This document shows, in pieces, positions 41,801 through 54,902 of a DNA stretch of 64,000 nucleotides. Positions within the stretch are counted from its first letter, which is position 1; each line of letters begins with the position of its first letter. The stretch is from Trichosphaerium sp. ATCC 40318. Taxonomy: Eukaryota > Protista > Tubulinea. The stretch covers positions 55,096 to 119,095 of the forward strand of contig JALMLS010000039.1 in assembly GCA_038496445.1 (NCBI GenBank). Reading direction: 5' to 3'. Below the pieces are notes generated by a model, which saw only the letters and a list, made by a program, of their open reading frames with translations, ran no database searches and was not told the DNA's origin. The position numbers and the translations under genes are program-made.

Positions 41801-43431
41801 AACTGCCTGTAAAAGATATCAAGTGCGTTTTTCTTGTTCTTCTTTCCTATTCTTTGCGTGCAAATAATCTTCCTTACATGTCAATAGGCCTATCATTGTA
41901 CAAGTTATAGGACCTATACTAGATGACCTACATAACGTTGTATCAACTATGAATGAAGAAACTGCAAAGGTAGAGAAACACCTTTTTTTAATTCCTATTT
42001 TTTTCTTACAATTATCTTAACCTAGAACAAATCAATTGTGGATACTATTACAACTCATTTGGCTTGCATAGCAGCTGCAGCAACGAATTTAAGGTTAATA
42101 ATAGAAGGTGTACATGCAAGTCAAGATATAGTATCAAGAACACGGTTACATAAAGGAGAAGAACACCCATACGCTCCTTGCTTTTCAAGAACTTTACCTG
42201 TTCTACCGCAGATCTTGAAACTTTGTTGGCATGATTCTACAGTTGTTCTGGTACGTATTGTTTGATTTATTGTCTTGTTGTTACTAATGATATTCAGAAT
42301 GTTCTGGCTGTTTGTGCGAGTGCACTTGCTACTTTGTCTGTCGCTCATTTTGATGTTTTTTTACCTGATGTTGTTAATATCTTTATTTGGATATTTGAGA
42401 ACTTACAGTTCCAATCTGGATCTTGTAATGTATTACATAAGTTTTCTACTATGCTTGTTATTTATAAAGTACGTTACCATAAAAAAAAATGAAACTTGCT
42501 GCCTCAACAGAGATTGACGCATTCTTCTTTTTTTTTTTTTTTGAATACATTCCATAAAATACCTCTTTTCTTCACTAACTCGTTTATTAGGAATCTGAAC
42601 TATACACACCGTTATTTGCAAAATGTATAGCTACTATTACAAAATGTTTAGGCGCCATGCTTAATGATGGTACGAGGCAATAGTCTTAAATGTTCCCAAG
42701 AGAGCTTACTTTTTTAGATATCAATGCTCGACCAGATATTTCAAATGCTTACTTTCAAATGCTCTTACAAGCTGTTATTGCGATGCCAAAGGCTTTATTT
42801 TGTGATAATCAAGTATATAATACTGCAATGCAAATAGTACTAGCTTCTCTATCATGTTTGGATACAAATGCCGTTAAAAGCAGTTGTTTGTTCTTAAAGG
42901 TAAAAAAAAAAAAGTTCACTCTGCTCTAAGGCTTACTCTCTTTTATAGTCTCTTTTAAATGCTCAAAGTAGATTAAATATATCTAATTTATTACAGCAAC
43001 ATTATGTAGATCTTATCAGACAGTTATTAAAGGTATGTATTGAGGTTTTTGTTCGAAGAAAAGTTTTGACTTATTTTACTTTTATAGACTATTTGCTGTG
43101 GCAATTTGTTCCTTGTACCTAAACACCTTGCACCTGTACTTCTATTGTGTATAAAAGAATTTCCTGGAGAGACAAGACAGGTTCTATCACAACTTCTAAA
43201 AGACCCAGGGTTTCCTGTACCTGGCTTGGATGATAAAACAAAACAAACATTTTTAAAACAGTGTCTTGGGTAAGATTATTTTTGAAATTTTGTAAATTTG
43301 AAACGTCAACTTAACGTTTTTTTGCTTACTGTTCCTTAATTAGTACTCGAAAACTTTCAGATTTCGCAGCACGTGTAGATGATTTTTCAAGGACCGTCAG
43401 GATACATATAAAAGCTCAAGAACAAACATAA
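38806..43431 (+). CDS. Karyopherin-beta, transportin-3/importin-13-like, multi-exon
   Basis: ALGALY...ANSWLTKFQQSNDAW (IBN_N-like), YFGAFTLHSKI, VLTKLSAAIA...W, FKKFRRELGDI, WLDVEAVLY, WLTNHPDY, ARPDISNAYF; TAA at 43429-43431. Confidence 0.88.
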
Positions 43432-43685
43432 TAAAAGTAAAAAATGTTCAACAACAAAATTTTGTTTTTCTTCTCAAAAAACCTAAAACAACAGCATCCA
43501 CCGCTTCAATATGGATATTTTGTCAAAAAGTCGAGGAATTGCTGAATTACGTAATATTCCGGAAACATAACGCGGTCGGACCCCTTGACTGAGCTTGAAT
43601 AGTTGAATAAATACCGACATAAGAAGCGCTTTAAACTGAAAAAGTCCGCGTCAAATAAATGTGACATACTTTTCAACACCCGTAT

Positions 43686-45145
43686 ATGTCTTATAACCAT
43701 AATATACCACTGGTAGTAGCAGATAGTTTTATTCTAGCGCTTGTTAACGAAACGGTGTACAGTTTTCGCCAGGACCTTGGATATAAGGCAGTAAAGCTAA
43801 CGTATAATAATTTACCGCCTATTGTCGCTATTACAGGACACAGAAGCGATTATGCTCTACTATCTTCGAACGACAAAATATACACGTGGCACCACAATAA
43901 ATCTCCGTTAAAACCAAGACTTTCTTCATCACCTGAAGGCATAATTTCTCTTAAATCGGGAAATCAACAAATGATATTTCTTACAAAAACAGGAAAAGTC
44001 TTCCAACGTGATTACGTGTCCAGACAGTTTAGTCTTGTTAAACGATTACCTTCTATAGATACAATAGAGTGTTGTGGTGGTGTTAATATGGCTATAAGTA
44101 AAAATGGAGAACTATACTACTGGGGAGCAAGTGCGGAACATTTGACAAAGTTTCATTCACCGAAACCGATAAAAATAGAATGGATTGTCCCTGGTGATAT
44201 TGCATTACTTTCTAGCGGATCACACATTCGCCATGATGGTAGAGTTTATTATGGTCCATCACATGTATCTGTTGTAGATCCGCCGGATAATATCATATCA
44301 ACTTGCAGTATTGTGAACACAATGTATATGCTGACAAGTAATGGAGATGTTTATAAATGGAATCATGCTACGGACACACCCACAGAACAAATACCTTATA
44401 TAAAGTGTAAATACATTGCTAGTTGTCGAGGAAGGGCAGTTGGATGGTGCATGGATGGCTCTTTTATGATATTACCTTCAGGTTATACAAAACAAAGAAC
44501 AATCAAGTTTAACAAAAAACCCAGCCACAACAAGATGGTACACAAGTGCTTTCCTTTCAATGTGAACCTCTATGTCTATCATTTAACAGTATACTTAGTT
44601 TCACACACCTGTAAAGCTTAAAGGAAAGGCATCACGTGAAAACAGAAAGACTTATGAACACAAGAGAAAAGGAGGATATCCTCACAAGGGGTTTATTGAA
44701 CTTAGTAAAAGCTATATAGAACATGCTTTTTATGCTACTGTACGGGTGTATCAAACACCAGACAATGAAGAAAATCAAGTTGAAAAGGTTGATTATTTGA
44801 CAGGTAGCTATACACTGTAGTGAACACTTTGTCTTCTGCTAATGTGGTCTAGTTGAAGATAACATTGATGGTGATGATGATAACTCTATTACAACACACT
44901 CTGTTATTGAAGATAGAGGCTTTCCTATCCCTAAAATTGATGCAAATGTAAGTGTTGGCTAGGAAGGTTGAAAGTGGAATAGCTTATTTGTGATTTAGGC
45001 AGATGATTCGATGGGTACTTTGTCACTATTTGAGCAGTTCTCAGAACACAACAAAGATACAGCGTCTGATTTCAATAATGTACCATCTCTTCCTTTGAGC
45101 TTAGGTCGCACAGCACCATCATCTAAAGGAGAGTCAGTTCTATAA
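43686..45145 (+). CDS. RCC1/BLIP-II-like beta-propeller protein with spliced acidic C-terminal extension
   Basis: Repeats IISLKSGNQQMIFLTKTGKVF, IDTIECCGGVNMAISKNGELYYWG, MYMLTSNGDVYKW; further open exons at about 44629-44802, 44853-44947 and 44999-45145 (inferred). Confidence 0.7.
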
Positions 45146-45523
45146 AAAAAATATGTTTGTACTGTGATACAAAAGACTACTGCAACATTCAAATCCGACT
45201 TTGTTTTCCCCCACAAACCTTACAATTCATTTCACTTATTAGATTACTCCATTCGCTTGTTTGCAACACAGATTGGAAGAGAACCAGTCTCATATCAGCT
45301 TTGAGCTTTCTGGTCATGTAGCTAGAGACATTGTTCCGTTTGTTAAACCAGTATTTTGGAAACAAAGCGAACAATAACTGTACAACGTTTTCATAATCTC
45401 AGATATTTCCTAAGTATTTTTACAAGGCAAGAAATTGTACACAACAGATATAAATTGAAAGAATACATTTTGCAAGACACTCTAAAGGTGAACATAAAAC
45501 ATGTGTTTTTTTTATGATGGTTA

Positions 45524-46843
45524 TCAATCTTCTTCTACTTTTGGCATTGCCGTTTTCTTGTTGTGTTGCTCCATGTCTGTACATTGATCAGCAGCTAGAC
45601 GCTTCACACCAACAAGATGTTTAAGCCCTTCTTGTGTAACAGAAGTACCATTAACATCAATCGTATGAACACCAGCTAAATACTTTAAACCTTCATTTGT
45701 AACTCTTGTACACATTGCCAAGTTAATCTCATGTACTCCTTTCAAATACTTTAATCCATCATCTGTTATATTCGTATACCTCAGATATATAGTATGAACA
45801 CCTGATAAAGACTTAACTCCTTTATCAGATACATTACAACAACAAAGGTTAATCTCATGAACACCTTTAAGATAAGAAATACCATCATCAGTGATCTGAG
45901 TCAACCCTCTAAGATTAATCGTATGAACGCCTTTGAGCGCCTTTATACCTTTATCTGTTACTCTTGTATCTTCTAGATGAATACAATGAACGCCTGCTAG
46001 TGGTATTATACCGTCATCTGTAACTGAAGTGTTTTTAAGGTAAATCGTGTGAACGCCTTTAAGCAACTTAACACTTTTGTCTGTGACAAAAGTATGAGAA
46101 AGATTTATGATATGAACACCAGCAAGAGCAGATACACCTTTATCACGTACTGCACAAGAATAAAGGCTTATTGAGTGTACACCAGAGAGCGATGATATAC
46201 CCTTATCGGTTATAGGACAGCGTGAAAGGTTTATAAGTTTTACACCAGAAAGGAATTTTATACCTTGATCAGAAACAACATCATGAGCTAGATTAATATC
46301 ATGAACACCTGCAAGCGCTCTTAAGTTATCATCACTAATATTACCAGTATCTGATAGATCTATTTTATGAACACCTGATAGTGGTGTCAAGTCTAGGCTA
46401 TCCAAAACGCAGTTTGAAAGAATTATTGTATGGACACCAGAAAGACTTGAAATAATTTTGTTGTTTAGGAATGCACAGTTAGAAATGTCAATGTGTTTTG
46501 AACCAGATAGATAACTTATTAGCTTTGATATAATCTTCACTTTAGATGATTCGTTTCTGTTTATGTTAATACCAAAAGGAAGTTTGATTTTGTCCTTTAA
46601 GGCAACCCATGGCCGTGCCTTAATGCGGGTTATGTTTTTCATTCGTTTGTATTTTTGGAATCGTTTAAAGTCCCATACGGATTTTAAAAGTACTGAGGTG
46701 TATCCCACGTATGTGTGTATTACATGAGCGAGGTTTGTACATGTTTGGGCTACAGCAAAGCGTGATTTATTTAAAAAGCTTAAAATGAACGTTAGAATCT
46801 CCGGAGGTAGAGAATCAAGCGCCACAATAGTCGATCCTTCCAT
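45524..46843 (-). CDS. F-box + LRR protein (divergent family member), intronless
   Basis: LDSLPPEILTFILSFL...AQTC...YVGY, then about 14 GVHxIxL...VTDxGI repeats. Confidence 0.9.
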   Translation of the reverse strand: MEGSTIVALDSLPPEILTFILSFLNKSRFAVAQTCTNLAHVIHTYVGYTSVLLKSVWDFKRFQKYKRMKNITRIKARPWVALKDKIKLPFGININRNESSKVKIISKLISYLSGSKHIDISNCAFLNNKIISSLSGVHTIILSNCVLDSLDLTPLSGVHKIDLSDTGNISDDNLRALAGVHDINLAHDVVSDQGIKFLSGVKLINLSRCPITDKGISSLSGVHSISLYSCAVRDKGVSALAGVHIINLSHTFVTDKSVKLLKGVHTIYLKNTSVTDDGIIPLAGVHCIHLEDTRVTDKGIKALKGVHTINLRGLTQITDDGISYLKGVHEINLCCCNVSDKGVKSLSGVHTIYLRYTNITDDGLKYLKGVHEINLAMCTRVTNEGLKYLAGVHTIDVNGTSVTQEGLKHLVGVKRLAADQCTDMEQHNKKTAMPKVEED

Positions 46844-47414
46844 CTAGCTTATATTTAGGATAACAGAAGTAAAATTAAGTAATATACCTCCGAAAAGCTA
46901 TTGACAGCACTGTACTGACGCGTCTGGAACGGTTTGAAACAGTTTTCGTCAAAGTACGTCAAATAACCAGCAAAAAACACCCAGCGAAAAATTTGACTCA
47001 TGCTAACCCTTGTCAACTCAACGCGCAACCAACAACTTAGTTGACTCACAACAAACTTTGTTAACTCTTTACGGAATGAGAAATCAGCACGTGGTTGATC
47101 ATCACAAAATACCCTTTTGTACTTCTTACCTACGCCGTTGCCTTACGTTACTATCAACGTGAAGTACACTAGAGCTGAATCGTCTTTGACGATCAAATAC
47201 AAATAATTATTGACACGTGTGCTTGTTTCCACATGCGGCGCGTAGAAAATACGGTTTTTTGGAATTTGAGGATATTAGGATGAAATAAAGGTAAAAAAAT
47301 CAAGTACATACCGGTTCATTTTTGCTGTAAATGGATGATATTATTATTTACATCTAGTATTACAACGACACGGTATGTTTTTGTACAAGGGTGAGGTGAT
47401 GAAGCCAAAAAGTG

Positions 47415-47871
47415 TTAATCTATTAGAATATCCACTACAGGCAACTGTTGGTGCTCAGTGTCATCGTTTTGTTGTCTGCAAGGCGTTAGCTTGTCGTTTA
47501 CTGCCGAAAAGGAACCAACGCCAAAAAAAAACCGTATGGTACAGTATGGTTGTTTAAGCATGAAAAGACGCGTTGGCGTACCGAAGGAAGAGCAATGCCG
47601 TTTTTAAATCGTGTTTTACTTTTGGGTGGCAAGTGATGACTTCTGGTTTTTTCCCCCTGGCTCCTACTTTACGTCTGGGGCCAACGCGCCGTTTGCGCAT
47701 GTACTTTTTCGCTGAATTAGCGTCTCCAAAGCGAAATGGTACTGGTGTTGAAGCAGGCATGTCACTTGTAGTCAGTGGCGCAAATGGCGCTGGCGGGAAT
47801 GTTTTCTTGTCATTTGTTTGTGGAATTTGAGGTGGATTTACTGTGTTTGTTGGCTCAGGTACTTCTTCCAT
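47415..47871 (-). CDS. Small Pro-rich/basic hypothetical protein (two exons)
   Basis: MEEVPEPT...FRFG...KKYMRKRRVGPRRK (NLS-like); a GTACGC...GCTAAC..CAG intron gives terminal RQQNDDTEHQQLPVVDILID*. Confidence 0.6.
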
Positions 47872-47990
47872 GTCTCCTATTTGTTATTTGTTCGTTTTAG
47901 GGCCAAAAAAAAAGTCAACAGAGGTTTGGTAGAAATGGCATTGCGAAACGCTCTATTTACATTATACATGCGTAAAAGATAACAATAGCC

Positions 47991-49733
47991 ATGGAATCAA
48001 AGCTACCCGAAGGTGCTTCTCGCATGGATACTATACTGTCACTTTGTGGTTCCAAACAGGTAGAAGGGCGCGTGGCAGGTAATAAACAAGCGTTAAAATT
48101 AGTTTTGACAAGCTTAGGACTACTTTTGCTTACAAAAGAACAGAACGCTGCAGAAACTATATTCGTAGACGAAGAGAAATCTGTAGCGCTCTTCGCACAA
48201 ATTTCAAAGGATAACTTTTTACAAATGATTATGCGTGGCGAGAGCCGAAACAAGTTCGGAGCGTTAGTGGTTTACATATTACGTGCGTTCGCGCACCATC
48301 AGAGCATCACTGAGACATTATATTACGCAAACGCCGTTAGCTCTGTTATTGATAACCACAATGACTTCGACGCTCCCTTGAACGCTATTTTTGAAATAGT
48401 TGGAGCTTCAGTACAACATTTAAAGTCCAGAAACGAAGAAAACGCTGACATTTCCAAATGCCGTCTAAACATATGCAGTACGCTTTCATTACTCACTAAA
48501 TGCTCGTTTATAAACTAATTGTTCGAGTAGGATCTTTGGGTGAGCTGCTGCCTTCTACGTTAACGCCAACTGATGTAATATCCGGTAAAGTCATTTTAGA
48601 CGCATTGGTTACAGTATTACGGCATATTGGTACGCTTCTAGACGAGATCTTGTATTTTTTTAGCTAATTTTGTTTAGTTAGCTCTCAGGATGCCCAAAGA
48701 GCGTTCATGGCTACTACAGACATTTCTAAAGTCTTAGACGCTTTGGCAGCGTCATTCTCGAAAGCTTCAGATTTAACGAAGTTTTCTCTTGGCAAAGTTC
48801 TTGTCGTACTGCTCCCTAATTGCTCAGAACTAACATCAAATACGGGTGAAACTATAGTAACAGGATTAGTGGATGTGCTTAGAGGCAATGTACAGCGTGA
48901 GCACCGCGTGATGGCGTTATCTTTGGCGTTTCATCTCAGTGAGATATTGACTACGCGTTGGCTTGCTACTTGCCAAGAAGGAAAAGCGCTAGAAGTAGTT
49001 TTACGACTGTCTGGCATCGATTTGGCTATAATTCTTGATGATATTGTCGTAGAGCACTCTATATCATCTGAGGTTATGCACCACGCTCAGTTATGTTGTG
49101 CACTGCTAGAGGAGGGTATTTTATACACCAGTTGGCTTGGTGATCAGATCGAAGAAGGAAAGGATTTGCCTGGAAATCAAAAACCAGATTTTGCCATGAT
49201 AAGACGGATTTTAGATATGTTCAAACAAATCGCTGAAGCTGCTTTACAATTCATGTTATATGATGATGCAATGCATATGCCTAAAGTTACAACATTATTG
49301 ATGAGGCTTGTCGGTGCTTACACTCGAGAAGAGACACAGTTAGCGTCAGAGGTGTATTTGTCTGCTTTGCCTAATTCTTGGATTTTTCTTAAGACTCATG
49401 TTGAGAATTTACAGTTTTTTTTACCTGGATTGATGCTTAGAATAGAGGATTCTGGTGATGATTTACAAAGTTATCTTGTTAATTTGGATATTGAACCATT
49501 AGATAAGTGGTACGCATGCTATTCTTATTTTTTCCATTTTTTTTCTTGGTTTTTTTTTCTCAAAGTATTGAGGCGGAAACCTTGTTTTTCTCTCTACTTT
49601 TGTTACCTTTTGGTTATTTATTCTTTTCTTGTGCTTAAAGTATTTCCTTTCTAGGATTTCACAGAACAAGGAGGCTACAACAGAAAGCCTTACTTATCAA
49701 CTTGTAAATCAGCTGAAAACTCTACTGAAGTAA
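47991..49733 (+). CDS. NCDN: Neurochondrin-family armadillo-like protein
   Basis: Removing a 39-nt in-frame intron gives GRVAGLLLLTK; LRLSGIDLAIILDD, LMRLVGAYTREET and FFLPGL match neurochondrin-family motifs; TAA at 49731-49733. Confidence 0.75.
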
Positions 49734-49859
49734 AAAAAAAAATTAAATTGTAAAGTACTTGTTGGGTGTCCATCCCTATGCCGATAGTATTTATTGGCTG
49801 CAATTTCTTATTGTGTATAGTACCAAAAATAAGTTCCAATCTGCTATACATGTTTGTCA

Positions 49860-50430
49860 AGTTGCAAAGGTTGTTGATGAGAAACTAGGAAACATAAATT
49901 TCTATTGCGCCAGTGTATTCCTTGACAATTTCATAATCCGCTATTACGTGACTTCAATGGTATGTATTCCATAAAGTGCTTTTAACCCTTCAGCTTTTAT
50001 ATTTGTACAAGACCACCAAGCGAATTTTGTGTACACATGCCAGCTATGCTGTCTGGACGAGAGTGATTTTAGTTTAGGTTTTTATTAGAACATTGTTTGT
50101 AGAATATATTGTTTGTTGATCGCTTTGAAGAACGATGAACTGAAATCACTAAGCCTTCTTGATTAAAGTTATATCACTAAGCCATTTAGCAATACCTCCA
50201 GCTGTTATGTTTGGACAATACTTAAGCAAATGGTATGAGCACCTGCCAATGCCTTCAAACCTTCATCTGTTATTTGATCACAACAATTCAAGTCTACCCA
50301 CCAATGGCTTTAGTACACCGAAAGTCCAATATCCTTGCTCTAAGCTATATTAACAGTGAAAAAAGTGATTTGCTAATACCCCTCAGGGACTGGCTGGTGG
50401 TACATCAAATACTATTTTTTGTGTACATTA
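49860..50430 (-). pseudogene. Decayed LRR gene of the GVHxIxL family
   Basis: CDQITDEGLKALAGAHTICL (50240-50272 closely matches the repeat unit of copies 1-3), LACVHKIRL and EGLKALYGIHTI, with several stops and frameshifts. Confidence 0.75.
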
Positions 50431-51227
50431 TTTGTTTATTCAGCATATGTTTGTAGTTCAATGAATTGACCGACCAGCTCCTAAGAAACTTGTTGCCAAC
50501 AAAAGCAACAAGTTTTGACAAGGCTTTGAAATTTACCCATTGCGTGATTGCCGAGTAGAAAACTAAAAAAGGTTCATGTAATTTAGGTTTGGGTAAGTGA
50601 GACAACAGTTAAACATCCAGCCATATACCAAACATTACTGAAGGTGCAGATCAACACTCTTGTGTTAGGAATACTGACTTCACAATCATGAATATATCGT
50701 CAATCACAAACCTGCGAAAACGGTTTACTTCGGTGTAAAAAAAAAAATGTAACGTTCTCACCGTTTAGTACTCGCCTGAAAGTGCCAGCATTCGCGTGTG
50801 GGGCTAGTAATTTACCTTGTAAAAGTTCAACACCTTGACACCAAGTAGCTGAGACCCAAACGACGTTGCAAGGTAAAAAATTATATCACGTGATTTTTTC
50901 ACATTTTTTGTTATCACGTTTTTTTTTTTTCATTGTGTGAATATTTCAACTCCGAAATTTACACGTAATATATTTACCTGTGCGTTTTTTGATATTGTTT
51001 TAGTAGAAAACAGTGTGAATTCACGTGGGTAGCTAGCAGTTTTTGTGAGCTACGTTTAAAAAACTATCTCCTACCAAAAGCTTTCGCACTTTCACCTAAG
51101 ACCGTATTTTCGAACAGTTTTTTATAACAGCGTAATCTTGCTCGTATGTATTGCTAGTGTTGCAGTATTGGTTGTACTTAGTTTTATACAAATCCGCTTT
51201 CTTAAGAAATGAAACAGTGGTATACAC

Positions 51228-51588
51228 TAACGCCCTTCCATTATGAATACAAGCTATATTCATATTCATTGTCCAGTAAGCATATTCATGAATATTCATT
51301 CATGAATATGCATGGGCGTTTGGTGAGTCAGGATGTTGAGAAGTTGTTGGTTTGTAGCACCTAGAGATGTTCCAAATGGATAGATTCAACAACTTGTATT
51401 TGAAAACCGAATGGAATAGTCAACAGAACACCAAAACTCTCAAATCAAATCAAAATCATCCATCAAATGCCACAATTTTCGGCCGTTTACTGTGTGCATG
51501 AATGAAAAAATTGTTGTAGTCGTGAATATTTGTGAATGTAGGCTGTATTTGAATATTCAAATTATTCATTCATAACGGAAGGGCGTTA
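51228..51588. mobile_element. hAT-like MITE (361 bp)
   Basis: TIR TAACGCCCTTCC(A/G)TTATGAAT (20/21); perfect 8-bp TSD GTATACAC (51220-51227, 51589-51596); subterminal TATTCA/TGAATA repeats. Confidence 0.92.
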
Positions 51589-51661
51589 GTATACACATGT
51601 AAACTGTAAAACATTTGTGTGGAGACTTTGCTCCATCGACATTCAGTTGGTGTTAATTTTT

Positions 51662-53562
51662 TTATTGGTGCTGTGACAGGCGTCGAATACATCTACTTTT
51701 TCTGTTTAAACTTGAATAGACTGGTGCTTGTGTTGTTGGAACCTCAGTTGTAGGAGGTTCAGTTGTTGGAGGTTCTGTAGTTGGAGGTTCAGTTGTTGGT
51801 GGTTCTGTAGTGGGTGGCATTGTGGTAGGAGGTTCAGTTGTAGGAGGTTCAGTTGTAGGTGGTGCTGTTGTTGGAGGTTCAGTTGTTGGCGGTTCAGTTG
51901 TAGGCGGTGCTGTTGTAGGAGGTTCAGTTGTAGGTGGTGCTGTTGTTGGAGGTTCAGTTGTAGGCGGTTCAGTTGTAGGTGGTGCTGTTGTAGGAGGTTC
52001 TGTTGTAGGTGGTGCTGTTGTTGGAGGTTCAGTTGTAGGTGGTGCTGTTGTAGGAGGTTCAGTTGTAGGTGGTGCTGTAGTAGGAGGTTCAGTTGTAGGT
52101 GGTGCTGTTGTTGGAGGTTCAGTTGTAGGAGGTTCAGTTGTAGGTGGTGCTGTTGTAGGAGGTTCTGTTGTAGGTGGTGCTGTAGTAGGAGGTTCTGTTG
52201 TAGGCGGTGCTGTTGTTGGGGGTTCAGTTGTTGGCGGTTCAGTTGTAGGTGGTGCTGTAGTAGGAGGTTCAGTTGTAGGTGGTGCTGTTGTTGGAGGTTC
52301 AGTTGTAGGAGGTTCTGTTGTAGGTGGTGCTGTAGTAGGAGGTTCTGTTGTAGGTGGTGCTGTAGTAGGAGGTTCTGTTGTAGGTGGTGCTGTTGTAGGA
52401 GGTTCTGTTGTAGGTGGTGCTGTAGTAGGAGGTTCTGTTGTAGGCGGTGCTGTTGTTGGGGGTTCAGTTGTTGGCGGTTCAGTTGTAGGTGGTGCTGTTG
52501 GCGTTTCAGTTGTTGGTGGCTCAGTTGTTGGTGGTTCAGTGGTAGGCGGGTCCGTTGTTGGAACAGCTGTAGTAGGTGGCAATGTAGGAGGTGTTCCTGA
52601 AAACGTCAATTACGCGGGTTCAAATTGATAGGTATACAAAGAGTGATCTAAGGATACGTACGACAAAAAGCCCCCCAATTTTCACCGCAAGGAAAATCAC
52701 TGAGATCAGTGCTAGGGGAAATGTAAAGACATTCATGACTGCCCATAGTTGGCTGTTGCGAATTATGGTATTCCATAATGTATCTGCCAACATCCGCATT
52801 GTTGGCCGCCTATAATTCGTTAGTGGCCACGTGGTTAGGTATCTTTTAACTTACAGAGCCTACAATGTCCATGTAAAGCGGTGTTTGTGTAAGAGTCAAC
52901 CCAGAGCTTTGCCAGACATAAGTATTAAGATTGTCAATACATTTAGAGCAATCTATGGTACTTGAAGATGCGCTACACATTAAACATCTATACAAAGTAG
53001 CAGATTAATGAACTGTGAAAAGAAGTCTGTCGTACCTAAAACTAACAGCAATTGGTACGTCTCTTCTACCGTTTACCCATCCGCGGCGATTGAAGCTTTT
53101 AGCAGCGGTATAATCTTCGGCAGTGAGTATTTCCGCCAATGTCATGCCTCTAATGTTATTAAACACTATCCACAAAAAGGTATGGCTGATATCAACCCGC
53201 AAAAGGTGAAATCTGGAAGTTTGGAAAATCGGGAAATGTAAAGGAAGTGCTTTTTCTCCCCACACCACCAACAAATTGAGTCCTCGGTTGCCGGAATTGG
53301 GTTATAGCACTCTGAATCTCAAGGGGGGAAGATTTCGTGGCATATTTATTGATGGTGTGGGGAGGAAAAAAGACTTCCATTAACTGGCCAGATTTTCAAA
53401 CTTCCACATTGTTGCCCATTCTCTATCAACCTGCTAGTTAGCGTACTCGTTCTCACACAATTCAGCGGCGCCATCCCAGGGTCCACTTGTAGCTATGTAT
53501 ACAATATCTTGAATAGATGATACAAACGTGGTGACAAGCAAAAAAGGTAACAGAAGATACAT
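51662..53562 (-). CDS. Secreted C-type-lectin-like domain + mucin-like (PPTTE/PPTTA)n protein
   Basis: Signal peptide MYLLLPFLLVTTFVSS; spliced exons WDGAAELCE..GMTLAEI..GWVNGRR..YVWQSSG..QPTMGSHECL..LSDFPC..AFC follow the CTLD pattern; then a long Pro/Thr repeat. C-terminus uncertain. Confidence 0.8.
51735..52585 (-). repeat. 15-bp coding minisatellite (about 55 PPTTE/PPTTA units)
   Basis: Visible periodicity with synonymous variation; a higher-order block repeats at 240-bp spacing (52191 vs 52431). Confidence 0.95.
53199..53423. mobile_element. Fold-back MITE, possibly Mutator-like, in intron 1 of the lectin gene
   Basis: Imperfect inverted arms of about 80 bp (aatctggaagtttggaaaatc...ctccccacaccaccaacaaat versus its reverse complement); flanked by TATCAACCC/TATCAACCT; the paralogous intron near 54745 has one copy of this sequence and no insert. 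Confidence 0.7.
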
Positions 53563-54620
53563 TGCTTATAGGAAGATATGGTTAGTTATGTTGTTTATTT
53601 CTGTTTCTGTGTATTTTGAACTGAATCACAAAGAGGACCGGTATATTGTAGCCTTCGTTGCTGAAAATTATTTTGGTCACTGTAACATTCACGTTACTCA
53701 GCGCAGAAGAAATATTACGGCACAAAAACAGATGTTTCACAAACCATTTTTTTGAATTTGAAGTTTTTGACGTTTTGTTGGTTCGGAATTTCGTGCTTTA
53801 CTCAAAAAGGCAGCAGTTTTGAGCGTGGAAAGCAGGAAACACGGTCATACGTTCTAAAAAATAATGTAGAAAAATTATTGAGTTTAAACACAATTCAATT
53901 GGTTAGCTAACATTTTTTATGATACAAGGATTCTACAACCAAAGTTGAACTCCTAGCAGGTTCATAATATAGTGTATAGGTTCTATACAAATACAACAGC
54001 ATCGCTAAATAACATGCATAAATACTTGAGTATCTAAAACAAACCATAACGTCTCCGCTGAATATAAAAACGCGTATTAACACCATCGGAGGTGCTAAAA
54101 ATCTAATAGCTTTTAAAACATTTCTTACGCTCACTCTCCTTAAAAACAGCCTCAAAATGCTTGTATTTCGTAATAGACAACACCAATAGCTACCACACGC
54201 AAATTAAATAAAATACATTGGAAGAACTACGCATACGGGCACGTGATATATAGAATTGGCATTTCCACGCGACATACTATTTTAGGTAAAGCGACGGGAC
54301 ACAAACCTCCGCCATTTAATTGTGGCCTTTGAAAATTGATGTCAACTTTAGGGTATGCTTAAATATGTCTCAAGAACATCTACTGCCTCTCTTCAAGCGA
54401 ATATCAGCGCACTCAATAATTATTGTGAATCTCAGAAAATCACGTGATTCAACACATTTTTTATAAAGGACTTGACTTTTTTTTTTTTTGCGAAATAGGA
54501 CCATTTCATCTTTTCGAGCGAAGGAGTTTTCAACAGTACAACAAACACCTTTTACAGGTCCTGTTTGTGATTCAGCTAGAAATAAACAGAACAGAAAAAC
54601 ACAAACAACATTACTAAATA

Positions 54621-54902
54621 CAGTATCTTCTATTACCTCTCTTGCTTGTCATCATGTTTGTATCTTCTATTTAGGAGATTATTTATAGACACTAATGTAG
54701 ACTGGGATGGAGCAGCTGAAGTTTGTGAAAAAGAGTACGCTAACCAGGTTGATAGCCGAAAGAATGATGCTAAATAACCATATCTTTTTTTGTGGATACT
54801 GTTTATTAACATAAGGTGCATGCTATTGGCTGAAGTCCTCATGGACGCTGATTATAAAGCTACCAAAATGCTAATCGCATTGGATGGGTAAATAGAAGAA
54901 GA
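54621..54902 (+). pseudogene. Head-to-head pseudogene fragment of the lectin gene (exons 1-2)
   Basis: YLLLPLLLVIMFVSSI*EII...DWDGAAEVCEKE|..MLLAEVL..ADYKA..GWVNRRR; ATG lost, TAG stop, frameshifts. Confidence 0.8.

Noticed and set aside
51735-52585. CRISPR-like array
   Set aside because: Repeats are contiguous coding units with no unique spacers, in a eukaryotic context with no cas genes.
51728-52628. Plus-strand Cys/Arg-rich and Gly/Val-rich ORFs
   Set aside because: Antisense shadows of the PPTTE minisatellite; the minus frame connects to a signal peptide and spliced exons.
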